Shown: in pieces, positions 23,603 to 35,305 of the stretch | Layout of the letters: the number at the start of each line of letters is the position of its first letter | How positions within the stretch are numbered: the stretch's first letter is position 1 | Assembly: GCA_030390025.1 (NCBI GenBank) | Contig: CM059431.1 | Coordinates: forward strand, 124,932,001-124,996,000 | Length of the DNA: 64,000 bases | Source: Squalus acanthias | Lineage: Eukaryota | Reading direction: 5' to 3' | Made by a program: the position numbers and the translations under genes | The notes under the pieces: generated by a model | What the model saw: the letters and a program-made list of their open reading frames with translations, nothing else | Database searches by the model: none | What the model was told of the DNA's origin: nothing

Positions 23603-26200
23603 AACAACAACAACAACAACGTGTATTTATATCGCACTTTTAATGTAGTAAAACGTCCAAAGCCACTTCTCAGGAGTGTTATAAGGCAAAAAATTGACGC
23701 CAAGCGACATAAGAAATTAGGGCAGGTGACCAAAAGCTTGGTCAAAGAGGTAAGTTTTAAGGAGTGTCTAATAGGAGGAAAGAGAGGAAGAGAGACGGAG
23801 AGGCTCAGGCAGAGAATTCCAGAGCTTAGGGCCCAGGCAACAGAAGGCACGGCCACCAATGGTTGAGCGATTATAATCAGGGATGCTCAAGAGGGCAGAA
23901 TTAGAGGAGCGCAGATATCTCCGGGGGTTGTGGGCTGGAGGAGATTACAGAGATAGGGAGGGGCGAGGCCATGGATGGATTTGAAAACAAGGATGAGAAT
24001 TTTGAAATCAAAGCGTTGCTTAACTGGGAACCAATGTAGGTCAGCGAGCACAGGGGTGATGGGTAAATGGGACTTGGTGCGAGTTAGGACATGGGCAGCC
24101 GAGTTTTGGATGACCTCAAGTTTACGTAGGATAGAATGTGGGAGGCCAGCCAGGAGTGCATTGGAATAGTCAAGTCTAGAGGTAACAAAGGCATGGATGA
24201 GGTTTTCAGCAGCGGATGAGCTGAGGCAGGGGCGGAGACGGGCAATGTTACGGAGGTGGAAATAGGCGGTCTTAGTTATGCCATGGAATGTGGTCGGAAG
24301 CTCATTTCAGGGTCAAATATGACACCATGGTTACGAACAGTCTGGTTCAGACTCAGACAGATGCTAGGGAGAGGGATGGAGTTGATGGCTAGGGAACGGA
24401 GTTTGTGGCAGGGGCCCAAATACAATGGCTTCGGTCTTCCCAATATTTAATTGGAGAAAATTTCTGCTCATCCAGTACTGGAAGCCGGACAAGCAGTGTG
24501 TCAACTTAGAGACTGTGGAGGGGTCGAGAGAAGTGGTGCTGAGATAGAGCTGGGTGTCGTCAGCGTACATGTGGAAACTGACGCTGTGTTTTCGGATGAT
24601 GTCGCCAAGGGGCAGCATATAGATGAGAAATAGGAGGGGCCCAAGGATAGATCCTTGGGGGACCCCAGAGGTAATGATGCAGAAGTGGGAAGAGAAGCCA
24701 TTGCAGGTGATTTTCTGGCTACGATTAGCTACATAAGAATGGAACCAGGCAAGTGCAGTCCCACCCAGCTGGACGGTGGTGGAGAGGCGTTGGAGGAGGA
24801 TGGAGTGGTCAGCCATGTCAAAGGCTGCAGACAGGTCGAGAAGGATGAGGAGGGTAGTTTACCTTTGTCACAGTCACAAAGGAAGTCATTTGTGACTTTG
24901 ATGAGAGCAGTTTCGGTACTGTGGTGGGGCGGAAACCGGATTGAAGGGATTCAAGCATGGTGTTCGGGGAAAGATGGGAGGCGACAACATGTTCGAGGAC
25001 TTTGGGAGGAAAGGGAGGTTGGAGATGGGGCAGTAGTTTGTAAGGACGGAGGGGTCAAGGGTTGTTTTTTTGAGGAGAGGGGTGATGACGGCAGATTTGA
25101 GGGAGAGGGGGACAGTACCTGAGGAGAGCGAACCGTTAAAAATGTCAGCTAACATGGGAGCCAAAAAGGAAATTGGGTGGTCAGCAGTTTAGTGGGAATA
25201 GGGTCGAGGGAGCAGAAAGTGGGTATCATGGACAGGATGAGCATGGAGAGGTCAAGAGGGGAGATCGGAGAGAAACTGGAGAAAGATGTGAGTTCAGGGC
25301 TAGGGCAGAGGTGAACCTTAGAGGAAGTTTGGCCCGGTGGGCTAGGGGAAGGAAGGGAAGTGGCAGAGACAGCTGATTGGATGGTCTCAATCTTAGAGAC
25401 AAAGAAGTCCATGAGCTCCTCGCACTTGTTGTTGGAGGTGAGGATGGAGCAGACTGGAGAGGGGTTTAAAAAGACGTTTAGCAGTAGAAAATAGTAGCCG
25501 GGGGTTATCTTTGCATTCCAGAATGATCCTGGAATAGCGAGCGGTTTTGGCAGACAAGACTAGGACCCGATAATGCTTTATTGGTCCAGCCAGATCTGGC
25601 GGTGAATGGCTAAACCAGTTGTCTGCCATATCTGTTCAAGTCTACGTTCCTTGGGCTTGAGGGAGCGAAGATGTGGACCGTACTGGGGTACGGCCATGGT
25701 GAGAGAGAGTAATTGTTTTAATAGGGACTAGGGCATCAAAGTTGGTGGTGAGCGTGTGGTTGAGCAGATCGGTAGCTGCAGAAATGTCGTGGTGAATGGA
25801 GGGCCAAAGGCTGGTAGTTGGGATTTCATAAGTGCAGTTGTAAGGGAGTTGGGAGAGAGTTTTTCCAGGGGTGGACACAGAAGGAAGTAGGTTTGGGTGG
25901 GGGAAGGGGGATGTGGTGGAAAGCGATACAAGGAAATGGTCAGAGATGGCCTTATCTTCGATTGACACGGTGGGAGTAGTGAGGCCACGAGAGATGGCAA
26001 ATTCAAGGGGGTGGCCGTGAATATGGGTTGGGGAGTTCACATGGAAGGAGAGCTTAAGGGAGTATAAGAGCCTAGTGAACTCAGAGTAGAGAAAGCATGA
26101 TGAATTGAGATGGAGGTTGAAATCACCGAAGATGAGAAGTCGCTCGGTGCAGAGGCTGAGGGAGGAAAGCAGTGAGGATATCTCGGTGATAACATTTTTA
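23603..26200 (-). mobile_element. L2 LINE, 5'-truncated
   Basis: GVPQGSILGPLLFLIYMLPLGDIIRKHSVSFHMYADDTQLY, LNIGKTEAI and ISDH motifs. (GTT)n tail at 23603-23620. Confidence 0.92.
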
Positions 26201-27605
26201 TCGTACTTGGGTATGCAGCAGCCACGACATTTTAAAATCTCTAGTCAGGCTTAAGATTTGTAGAAATTGACCTTCAGCTAAGTCATGTAACAAAGCATAA
26301 AGTGATATGGGTTCTAAAGAGGCATAACACAAACTGCAGACATAAAGTAAAATAGCCAGCATGCTATCTGCAAACATATACATTTCCTTACAATGAAACA
26401 ATTACTAGCATAGCTATTAAGGTAGCTCTGTCTGTGAGATTAGTGCTATCAAGGGACTCCTAGTGGGTGATTTTCCCCGGATACTTTAGGCACTGAAGAG
26501 TCTCCGAGTTGGCCAAGAGGTGTCTTGAGCTGCAATGCCTGGTTAGCCCGCCTTTATCGCAAGACGCCATCTTGGTAAAGGAGTTGAAGCGCACGCTAGG
26601 AACGGCTGCCCCAAGGATCATTGAGGCTCTGAGGACCAATTAAAGTGGCTCCTAATGCTCATTAAAGAGGCTGCATGCCATTTTGCTGGCTAGCACTGCA
26701 ATTAACAAACTCTCATAACAGCAATCAGCTGAGCAGAAGTAAAGAAGTCGTTGGTGAGGATTGTGAGCGTTACTTACAGCCATGCTCAGCTTTCACTGTT
26801 CCCTTGCTGCTGGAGATGGACTGATTACACTGCATTTGAAGAGGGCTTTTGATACACATCTGGAGACTTTCTGGGACACTTTGTCAAGAGTTCACCAACA
26901 TTCTATTAACATTTATTTCACAAATTCTCCAAGGACCTCACCTAAAGAGAGTGAGTGCTGTGCTACTGTACCCTTTTGGAAACTTTATAGGGGTCACCAA
27001 GAGAAAAGGAGTGCTTGGTCATGGTGACCTTATTAGGGGTCCCCCTTGATCAGGAGGAGAAATGGAAGGAGCAGATGAGGCCATGAAGGGCAGCGCCAAC
27101 TGCTGTAGGAGAGAGGGAGAGGAGGAACAAGGATGCGAGGAGGGCTGCAGATTCGTGGTGACTTGCTGCATGCTCCACAATATGGTGATCATGGGAGACC
27201 AACCATTACCATTAGCAATTGTGCCAGAGGGTCAAGCTCAGGATCCACAAGAGAAGGAGGAGGAAGAGGAGGAGGGGGAGGAGGAGGTTGAAGAGGAGGG
27301 GGAGGAAGATGGGTAGACAGCCTGCACCTGGGCAGGACGCTCGTCGCCATCTAATTGAAGACCGCTTTTGAGAGACATCCTCCACCATCAGACTTTGGAG
27401 CACTGTTGCCACATGCCTTAACCTCCAGGACTGAGAATCCATCAGGAAGTCCATCATCTGCACTCAATCCTTTCAACACCTTCCCCATGAAAAACACAAT
27501 TAAAAATTCCAGCACTACACTATTACCATAATCAGTCTTTATCTAGAGCAAACACAAACAATGAAAACATGACATAACCAACAGCACTTACAAATATTAA
27601 ACAAT

Positions 27606-30600
27606 TCAATTACCCTTAGTGGCTATCCTATAAGTGCTCTTGCTTACTCTGGTGCTTCTAAAAAGTGCAACCCAAGTGGCAGCAGCAGGCGAGGTGCATG
27701 GCTGCTGAGATAGTGAAGAAGGCAGTTCAGATGTCCTCTTGGGATGCCCGCGAGAGGCTGTCGGCCATGATTGCCCCGCCTCAGATTGCACCATCTGCAC
27801 ATGGGCTTGAGAAGTCTGGGCCGCCTGGCTGACAGGCAACTGCAAGGGCAATGGTGGAGTGGCGGGGGAGGGAGCAAGAATGCTGCCATCCGGATAGAGG
27901 CCAGTAGTTTCCTGCTCCATGATTTCCATGCTACTACCTCGGGGCGTCTTTTCAGCTGGAGGACAGATCTACGAGCAGCTGCGACCCTCTGCAAGCCCCT
28001 TTCAACCGAGGAGCCCAGAGTCACCATAGCAGTTGTTTGAGTTTCCATTGCAGCACCTTGCCGTTCCATGAAAGGTGTAAGTAGTGCAATGGAAGCTATT
28101 TGGGCTTCCATTGCAGCACCTTGTCTTTCCATGGAAGCTGCCATAACTGCAGTGGAAGCTGTGACCTCAGTCATCAGATGTTGCATGATGTTGGGCTCCA
28201 CAGGTTGCCGGATGGAATTGGCTAGCCTCTCCACGCTGGAGAGGATGGGTTCCAGGCTCTGCGTCAAGCCATGGCCAAGCTGGAGGTAGACTCCTCCATC
28301 CCCCTAGCCAAAACCCGTAAGCTTTCAAGCAGGCTGTCCATTGCACCAAGCATATGGTTTGTCAAACCCATCAGCCTTCTTCTGAAGCTTGGCCCTGTCA
28401 GGACCTCATCTGATTCCTCTACAGCAGAACTAGTATGCAAACTCAAGCGACACTTACTCACACATAACCTGTGCACCGATGCTCAGTTTGGGTTCCACCA
28501 GGAGCACTCGGCTCCAGACCTCATTACAGCCTTGGTCCAAACATGGACAAAAGAGCTGAATTCCAGATGTGAGGTGAGAGTAACTGTCCTTGACATAAGG
28601 CAGCATTTGACCGAGTGTGACATCAAGGAGCCCTAGTAAAATTGAAGTCATTTGGAATCATGAGGAAAACTCTCCACTGGCTGGAGTCATACCTAGCACA
28701 AAGTTGGATGGTTGTGGTTGTTGGAAGCCAATCATCTCAGCCCCAGGACATCGCTGCAGGAGTTCCTCAGGGCAGTGTCCTAGGCCCAACCATCTTCAGC
28801 TGTGTCATCAATGACGTTCCTCCCATCATAAGGTCAGAAATGGGGATGTTCGCTGATGATTGCACAGTGTTCAATTCCATTCGCAACTCTTCAGATAATG
28901 AAGCAGACCATGTACACAACAGCAAGACCTGGACAAAGTTCAGGCTTGAGCTGATAAGTGGCAAGTAACATTTGCGCCACAGAAGTCTAACCACCGTCCT
29001 TGAGGTTCAATGGCATTACCATCGCCAAATCCTCCACCATCAACATCCTGGGGGTCACCATTGACAGGAAACATAACTGGACCAGCCATATATATGCTGT
29101 GGCTACAAGAGCAGGTCAGAGGCTGGGCATTCTGCACCTGCTGACTCCCCAAAGCCTTTCCACCATCTACAAGGCACAAGTCAGGTGTGTGATGGATTAT
29201 TCTCCACTTGCCTGGATGAGTGCAGCTCCAGTAACACTCAAGTAGCTCGACAATATCCAGGACAAAGCAGCCCACTTGATTGGCATCCCATCCACCAGCT
29301 TAAACATTCACTTCCTCCACCACTGGCACACCGTGGCTGCAGTGTATACCATCCACAAGATGCACTGCAGCAACTCACCAAGGCTTCTTTGACAGCACCT
29401 CCCAAACCCGCAACCTCTACCACCTAGAAGAACAAGGGCAGCAGGCACATGGGAACACCATCACCTCCAAGTTTCCCTTCAAAGTCAACCATTCCTGATT
29501 TGGAGATATATTGCCGTTCTTTCATCGTTGCTGGTTCAAAATCCTGGATAACCCTCCATAACAGCACTGTGGGAGTATCTTCAGCACACGGACTGCAGTG
29601 GTTCAAGAAGGCGGCTCACCACCACCTTCTCAAGGGCAAGTAGGGATGGGCAATAAATGCTGGCCTTGCCAGCGGTGCTCACATCTCATGAACGAATAAA
29701 AAAAAAGGTGGCCCCTGTGGTGTCCCTTCCACCCGGTGTGGCTGCTACGCACTAGTGCCTGCTGCGTGCGACTGTGAGGATTCGTGTTCTACCCTAGCCT
29801 CTAAGTTACACGTGAGCCAGTCTCTGAGCTGGTGCCTGCAAGAGTGGTAGACATTGACGCAGTGCTATCTTCCTCGCTTTCCTCCACCTCCTCCTCCTCA
29901 TCCACTGAGGGGGGGGGGGTGGGGGGGGGCGAGGTGACTCCTCCTCCTCTTCCAGTTCCTCCAGGGGGCGAGGTAGATCTTGCGCCTGTGAGCCTGCAAT
30001 GATAAAGCTAGAAGGGTTATGGTTCAGCGAGTGTGGCCACCATAGGAGGATGTAGGTGATGAGACCATATGGAGCTTGTGATTGAGGATGGGCTTGGGGA
30101 TTAGGGATCAGGAATAGTTGTTCATATGTAAGGAAGCTTGAGTGCCCACATACCTCTATGCGAGATGTCCCTTGCTGTGCCTGTGACCACGACGTCTGCC
30201 ACTCCCCGTCTGATCGCCACCAGCACTGCCTCTTCAAGGGGTATGATCTCATGCAGTCATGCTTCCCCTCCCCCAGTCAGGTTTTGCTGGTGCCTGTTAT
30301 GTGCTATCTTGTCCTGGAAGAGAAAGAGTGGTGATTGTGAATGAGTGTAATGGCAGGTGTGTTTGTGTGTGATGCCTTAGATGGCTGAAGAGCTGTGAGA
30401 TGTGTCTGAAGTGTGAGTAGTGCCTGTGAAGGATGCAATAATGTGGAGTGCATGAATGTTAGATTGTAGATGGTGAATGCAGTGTGTTGAGCTTGTGATG
30501 CTGGTGGTGGTGATGCAGTTATTGAGAAGTGTGTTTCTGAGATGTGATCTTACCTTGACTGGACCACTTGTGTCAAATCATTAAATTTCCTGCAGTGCCA

Positions 30601-30841
30601 GAGCCAAGTCCTGGGGGCAGGGCTCCTGGCAGTGACCTCCTTGGCGATCTGCTGCCACATCCGCTGCATTATTTACCTCTGTGGCCTCCTTCTCCCCTAT
30701 GGGTACAGGGCCTCCCTCCTCCTCTGTACCTGCTCCACCAGGACCTCCAATGCCGTGTCCAAGACCTTTGAGCCCTCTCCCTTTGTTCCTGAGCCATCCT
30801 GATATTTGGCATTGTCCGTCACCCAGCGTACTCCACACCTT
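27606..30841 (-). pseudogene. Harbinger Myb/SANT gene, 3 exons (exon 1 ends 30554, exon 2 30313-30154, exon 3 from 29993), LINE-interrupted
   Basis: WQQIAKEVTARS..RTWLWHCRKFNDL in exon 1, a 160-nt exon 2 with AG/GT boundaries, and coiled-coil MERQGAAME repeats in exon 3. Confidence 0.75.
28432..29706 (+). mobile_element. CR1-group (Crack/Zenon-like) LINE 3' fragment with poly(A) tail
   Basis: DAQFGF, GVPQGSVLGPTIFSC and FADD motifs. Same family as 40877-43022. Ends AATAAAAAAAAA. Confidence 0.85.
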
Positions 30842-30940
30842 CATAGAAACATAGAACATAGAAGATAGGAGCAGGAGTAGGCCATTCGGCCCCTCGAGCC
30901 TGCTCCACCATTCGATGAGATCATGGCTGACCATCCAAAC

Positions 30941-33800
30941 TCAGTACCCTGTACCTGCCTTCTCCCCATATCCCTTGATACCTTTAGCTTTAAGAAATAT
31001 ATCTAACTCATTCTTGAATATATTTAATGACTTGGCCTCAACTACCTTTTGTGGTAGAGAATTCCACAGGTTCACCACTCTCTCAGTGAAGAAATTCCTC
31101 CTCATTTCTGTCCTAAATGGCTTACCCCTTATCCTTAGATTATGACCCCTGGTTCTGGACTCTCCGACCATCGGGAACATTCTTTCTGCATCTAGTTTGT
31201 CCAGACCTGTTCGAATTTTATATGTTTCGATGAGATCCCCTCTCATTCTTCTATATTCCAGCGAGTATAACCCAATCGACCCAATCTCTCCTCATATGTC
31301 ATTCCTGCCATCCCAGGTATCAGCCTTGTGAATCTTCGCTGAACTCCTCCATGGCAAGAACATCCTTCCTCAGATAAGGCGACCAAAACTGCACACAATA
31401 CTCAAGGTGTGGTCTCACCAAGGCCCTGTACAACTGCAGCAGGACATCCCTGTTCCTATACTCAAAACCTTTCGCTATGAAGGCCAACATACCATTGTCC
31501 TTCTTCATCACCTGCTGCACCTGCATGCTTACGTTCAGCGACTGGTGCACAAGGACACCCAGGTCTCGTTGCACTTCCCCTTCTCCCAATCTATTGCCAT
31601 TCAGATAATAGTCTGCCTTTCTGCTTTTGACGCCAAAGTGGATAACCTCGCATTTATCCACGTTATATTGCATCTGCCACGCTTCTGCCCACTCACCCAA
31701 CCTGTCCAAATCATGCTGGAGTTTCTCGGTATCCTCCTCGCAGCACACACTCCCACCCAGCTTTGTGTCATCTGCAAACTTGGAGATATTACATTTAGTT
31801 CCCTTATCTAGATCATTAATGTATATTGTGAATAGCTGGGGTCCAAGGACCGATCCCTGCGGTACCCCACTAGTCACTGCTTGCCACTCGGAAAAAGACC
31901 CATTCATTCCTACTCTTTGCTTTCTGTCCGCCAAACAGTTCTCTATCCAAGTCAATACCTTGCCCCCAATCCCATGTGCCTTAATTTTACACGCTAATCT
32001 CTTATGCGGGACCTTATCGAAAGCCTTTTGAAAGTCCAAATACACCACATCTACTGGTTCTCCCTTATCTATTTTCCCAGTTACATCCTCAAAAAATTCC
32101 AGTAGATTAGTCAAGCACGATTTACCTTTTGTAAATCCATGTTGACTTTGTCCGATCCTGTCACTGTTTTTCAAGTGCTCAGCTATTACATCCTTTATAA
32201 TGGACTCTAGCATTTTCCCCACTACCGATGTCAGGCTTACCAGTCTGTAATTCCCCGCTTTCTCTCTACCACCCTTTTTGAATAGTGGGGTAACATTAGC
32301 TACCCTCCAATCCATGGGTACAGTTCCAGATTCCATCGAATGTTGGAAGATGATCAGCAATGCATCTACTATTTCTAGGGCCACTTCCTTAAGTACCCTA
32401 GGATGTAGATTATCAGGCCGTGGGGATTTATCGGCCTTCAATCCCGTCAATTTCCCTAACACCATTTCCCTGCAAATACTGCTTTCTTTCAGTTCCTCCC
32501 TTTCATCAGACCGTATGTTCTCCAACATCTCTGGGAGGTTATTTGTGTCCTCCTTTGTGAAGACAGAACCAAAATATGCATTTAATTGGTCTGCCATTTC
32601 TTTGTTCCCCATTATAACTTCCCCCGCTTCTGACTGCAAGGGACCTACACTTGATTTCACTAATCTTTTTCTCTTCACATATCTATAAAAACTCTTACAG
32701 TCAGTTTTTATGTTCCCAGCAAGCTTACTTTCATATTCTATTTTCCCCTTCTTAATTAATCCCTTTGTCCTCCTTTGTTGAATCCTAAACTGCTCCCAAT
32801 CCTCAGGGTTACCGTTTTTTCTGGCCAATTTATATGCCCTCTCTTTGGATCTTATGCTATCCCTAATTTCCCTTGTTAGCCACGGTTGAGTCACCCTTTT
32901 TGTTTTATTCTTATGCCACACTGGGATAAACAAATTCTGTAGTTCATCCATGCAGTCTTTGAATGTTTGCCATTGCCTATCCACCGTCAACCCTTTGAGT
33001 GACATTCCCCAATCAATCCTACCCAATTCGCGCCTCATACCATCGTAGTTTCCTTTATTTAAATTCAGGACCCTAGTCTCTGATTCAACTACTTCACTCT
33101 CCATCCTAATGAAGAATTCTATCATATTATTGTCACTCTGACCCAAGGGGCCTCGTACAACAAGATTGTTAATTAATTCTTTCTCGTTACATAATACCCA
33201 GTCTAAGATGGCCTGATCTCTGGTTGGTTCCTCGACATATTGTTCCAGAAAACCATCCCGTAAACATTCTAGGAATTCGTCCTCCACTGTATTTTTACTA
33301 AGTTGGTTAGTCCAATTTATATGTAAATTAAAGTCACCCATGATGACTGCTGTGCCCTTACTGCATGCTTCTCTAATTTCCCTTTTAATGCCATCCCCAA
33401 CCTCCGTATTACTGTTTGGAGGTCTAAATACCACTCCCACTAATGTTTTCTGCCCCTTGTTATTTCTCAGTTCTACTCATACAGATTCCACATCATCAGA
33501 GCTAATATCCTTCCTTTCAATTGTGTTAATCCCCTCTTTAACCAGCAATGCTACCCCACGTCCCTTTCTTTTTTGCCTATCTTTCCTGAATATTGAATAC
33601 CCCTGGATGTTGAGTTCCCAGCCTTGGCCACCCTGGAGCCATGTTTCTGTAATCCCAATCAAATCGTATTCATTTACCTCTATTTGCACAGCTAATTCAT
33701 CCACCTTGTTCCGAATGCTCCTTGCATTGAGATACAAAGCCTTCAGGCTTGTTTTTTTAATGCTCTCAGACCTATATGAATTATTATTTACTGTGACCAT
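30941..33800 (-). pseudogene. CR1 ORF2 (APE endonuclease + RT), with few disablements
   Basis: ORFs 33477-33800, 31320-33440 (706 aa) and 30941-31246 carry YLNARS, ITETWL, GDFN, DFQKAFDKV and FADD. One stop at ~33477 and a frameshift near 31345. Confidence 0.93.
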
Positions 33801-33922
33801 GTTTGGTTTAAACCAATGAGTTCTTCGCCTTCTAATTTTGTTTTTCTCCTTCCTGTCTTTTGCTTTTATCCTTGTTTCCCTTTCCTCTGTCTGCCTGCTC
33901 AGGTTCCCAACCCCCTGCCACT

Positions 33923-34873
33923 TTAGTTTAAACCCTCCCCAACAGCACTAGCAAACACTCCCCCTAGGACATCGGTCCCGGCCCTGCCCAGGTGCAGTCC
34001 GTTCCGTTTGTACTGGTCCCACCTCCCCCAGAACCGGTGCCAATGTCCAAGGAATTTGAATCCCTCCCCCTTGCACCATTCCTCTAGCCATGTATTCATT
34101 TGAAATATCCTCCTATTTCTACTCTGACTAGCACGTGGCACTGGTAGCAATCCTGAGATTACTACCTTTGAGGTCCTATTTTTTAATTTACCTCCTAACT
34201 CCCTATATTCTGCTTTTAGGAACTCATCCCGTTTTTTACCTATATCGTTGATGCCTATGTGCACCACGACAACTGGCTGTTCGCCCTCCCCCTCCAGAAT
34301 GTTCTGTAGCCGCTCTGAGACATCATTGACCCTTGCACCAGGGAGGCAACACACCATCCTGGAGTCTCGTTGACGGCCGCAGAAACGCCTATCTATTCCC
34401 CTTACAATTGAATCCCCTATCACTATAGCTCTTCCACACTTTTTCCTCCCAGCCTGTGTAGCAGAGCCACCCATGGTGCCAGGAAGTTGGCTGCTGCTGC
34501 CTTCCCCTGATAAGTCATCCCCCCCAACAGCATCCAAAGTGGTATATCTGTTTGAGAGGGGGATGGCCACAGGGGACCCCTGCACTACCTGCCTGCACCT
34601 CTTACTCTGCCTGGTGGTCACCCATTCACTTCCTGCTTGTACACCCTTTACCTGCGGTGTGACCAACTCTCTAAACGTGCTATCCACGACGTCCTCAGCA
34701 TTGCAAATGCTCCAATATGCATCCATCCGCAGCTCCAGCGCCGCAATGTGGTCCATCAGTAGCTGCAGCTGGATACACTTCCCACACACATGATCGTCAG
34801 GGACACAGGAAGCGTCCCTGATTTCCCACATATAGCAGGAGGAGCATAACACAGGGCGGAGCTCTCCTGCCAT
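33923..34873 (-). CDS. CR1 ORF1p (zinc finger/leucine zipper + SGNH esterase-like domain), 316 aa
   Basis: CSSC..CGKC followed by a leucine zipper; esterase blocks VIGDSIVRG, CLPGA, VHIGINDI, NGLHLG. Confidence 0.92.
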   Translation of the reverse strand: MAGELRPVLCSSCYMWEIRDASCVPDDHVCGKCIQLQLLMDHIAALELRMDAYWSICNAEDVVDSTFRELVTPQVKGVQAGSEWVTTRQSKRCRQVVQGSPVAIPLSNRYTTLDAVGGDDLSGEGSSSQLPGTMGGSATQAGRKKCGRAIVIGDSIVRGIDRRFCGRQRDSRMVCCLPGARVNDVSERLQNILEGEGEQPVVVVHIGINDIGKKRDEFLKAEYRELGGKLKNRTSKVVISGLLPVPRASQSRNRRIFQMNTWLEEWCKGEGFKFLGHWHRFWGRWDQYKRNGLHLGRAGTDVLGGVFASAVGEGLN

Positions 34874-35135
34874 GACTTACCCTTTAATTAACTAATTAAA
34901 ATTAAATTAAATGAATCCCACCAATTCCACTTCAATTAAATGATATACTCAAGGGCCCTTGTTTAACAGCAGTCCCCGCTACACCACAGAGACTCGAGAA
35001 ACTATAAACCACAGAATTTAAGTAGGGAAAAAGGAGAAAGAGAGAAATACTCACCAACCAATCACTTACCTGCTTTCTGGTGACGTCACACTTCGATTAC
35101 TTTTTACTTCTGTCTCCCGTTCTGAGATTGGTAAA

Positions 35136-35305
35136 CCTACCTGCTCCTCGGGCTCACCTTTATACCCTGCCACCGCCGCTCCTCCTAGGTCCGCACCGCC
35201 GCTGCTGTGGGCCTACCTGCTCCTCGGGCTCGCCTTTATACCCTGCCACCGCCGCTCCTCCTAGGTCCGCACCGCCGCTGCTGTGGGCCTACCTGCTCCT
35301 CGGGC
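35136..35305 (-). repeat. 76-bp tandem monomers (2.2 copies) at the CR1 5' end
   Basis: Unit starts at 35136, 35212 and 35288. The unit is GC-rich, and each full unit has TATAAA on the - strand. Confidence 0.9.

Larger units (their letters stand above)
30842..35305 (-). mobile_element. Full-length CR1 LINE
   Basis: 5' UTR with monomer repeats, intact ORF1, nearly intact ORF2, and 3' tail (TTCTATG)n at 30842-30863. Confidence 0.96.

Noticed and set aside
31407..33819. Plus-strand ORFs of 130-160 aa
   Set aside because: They are antisense shadows of CR1 ORF2.
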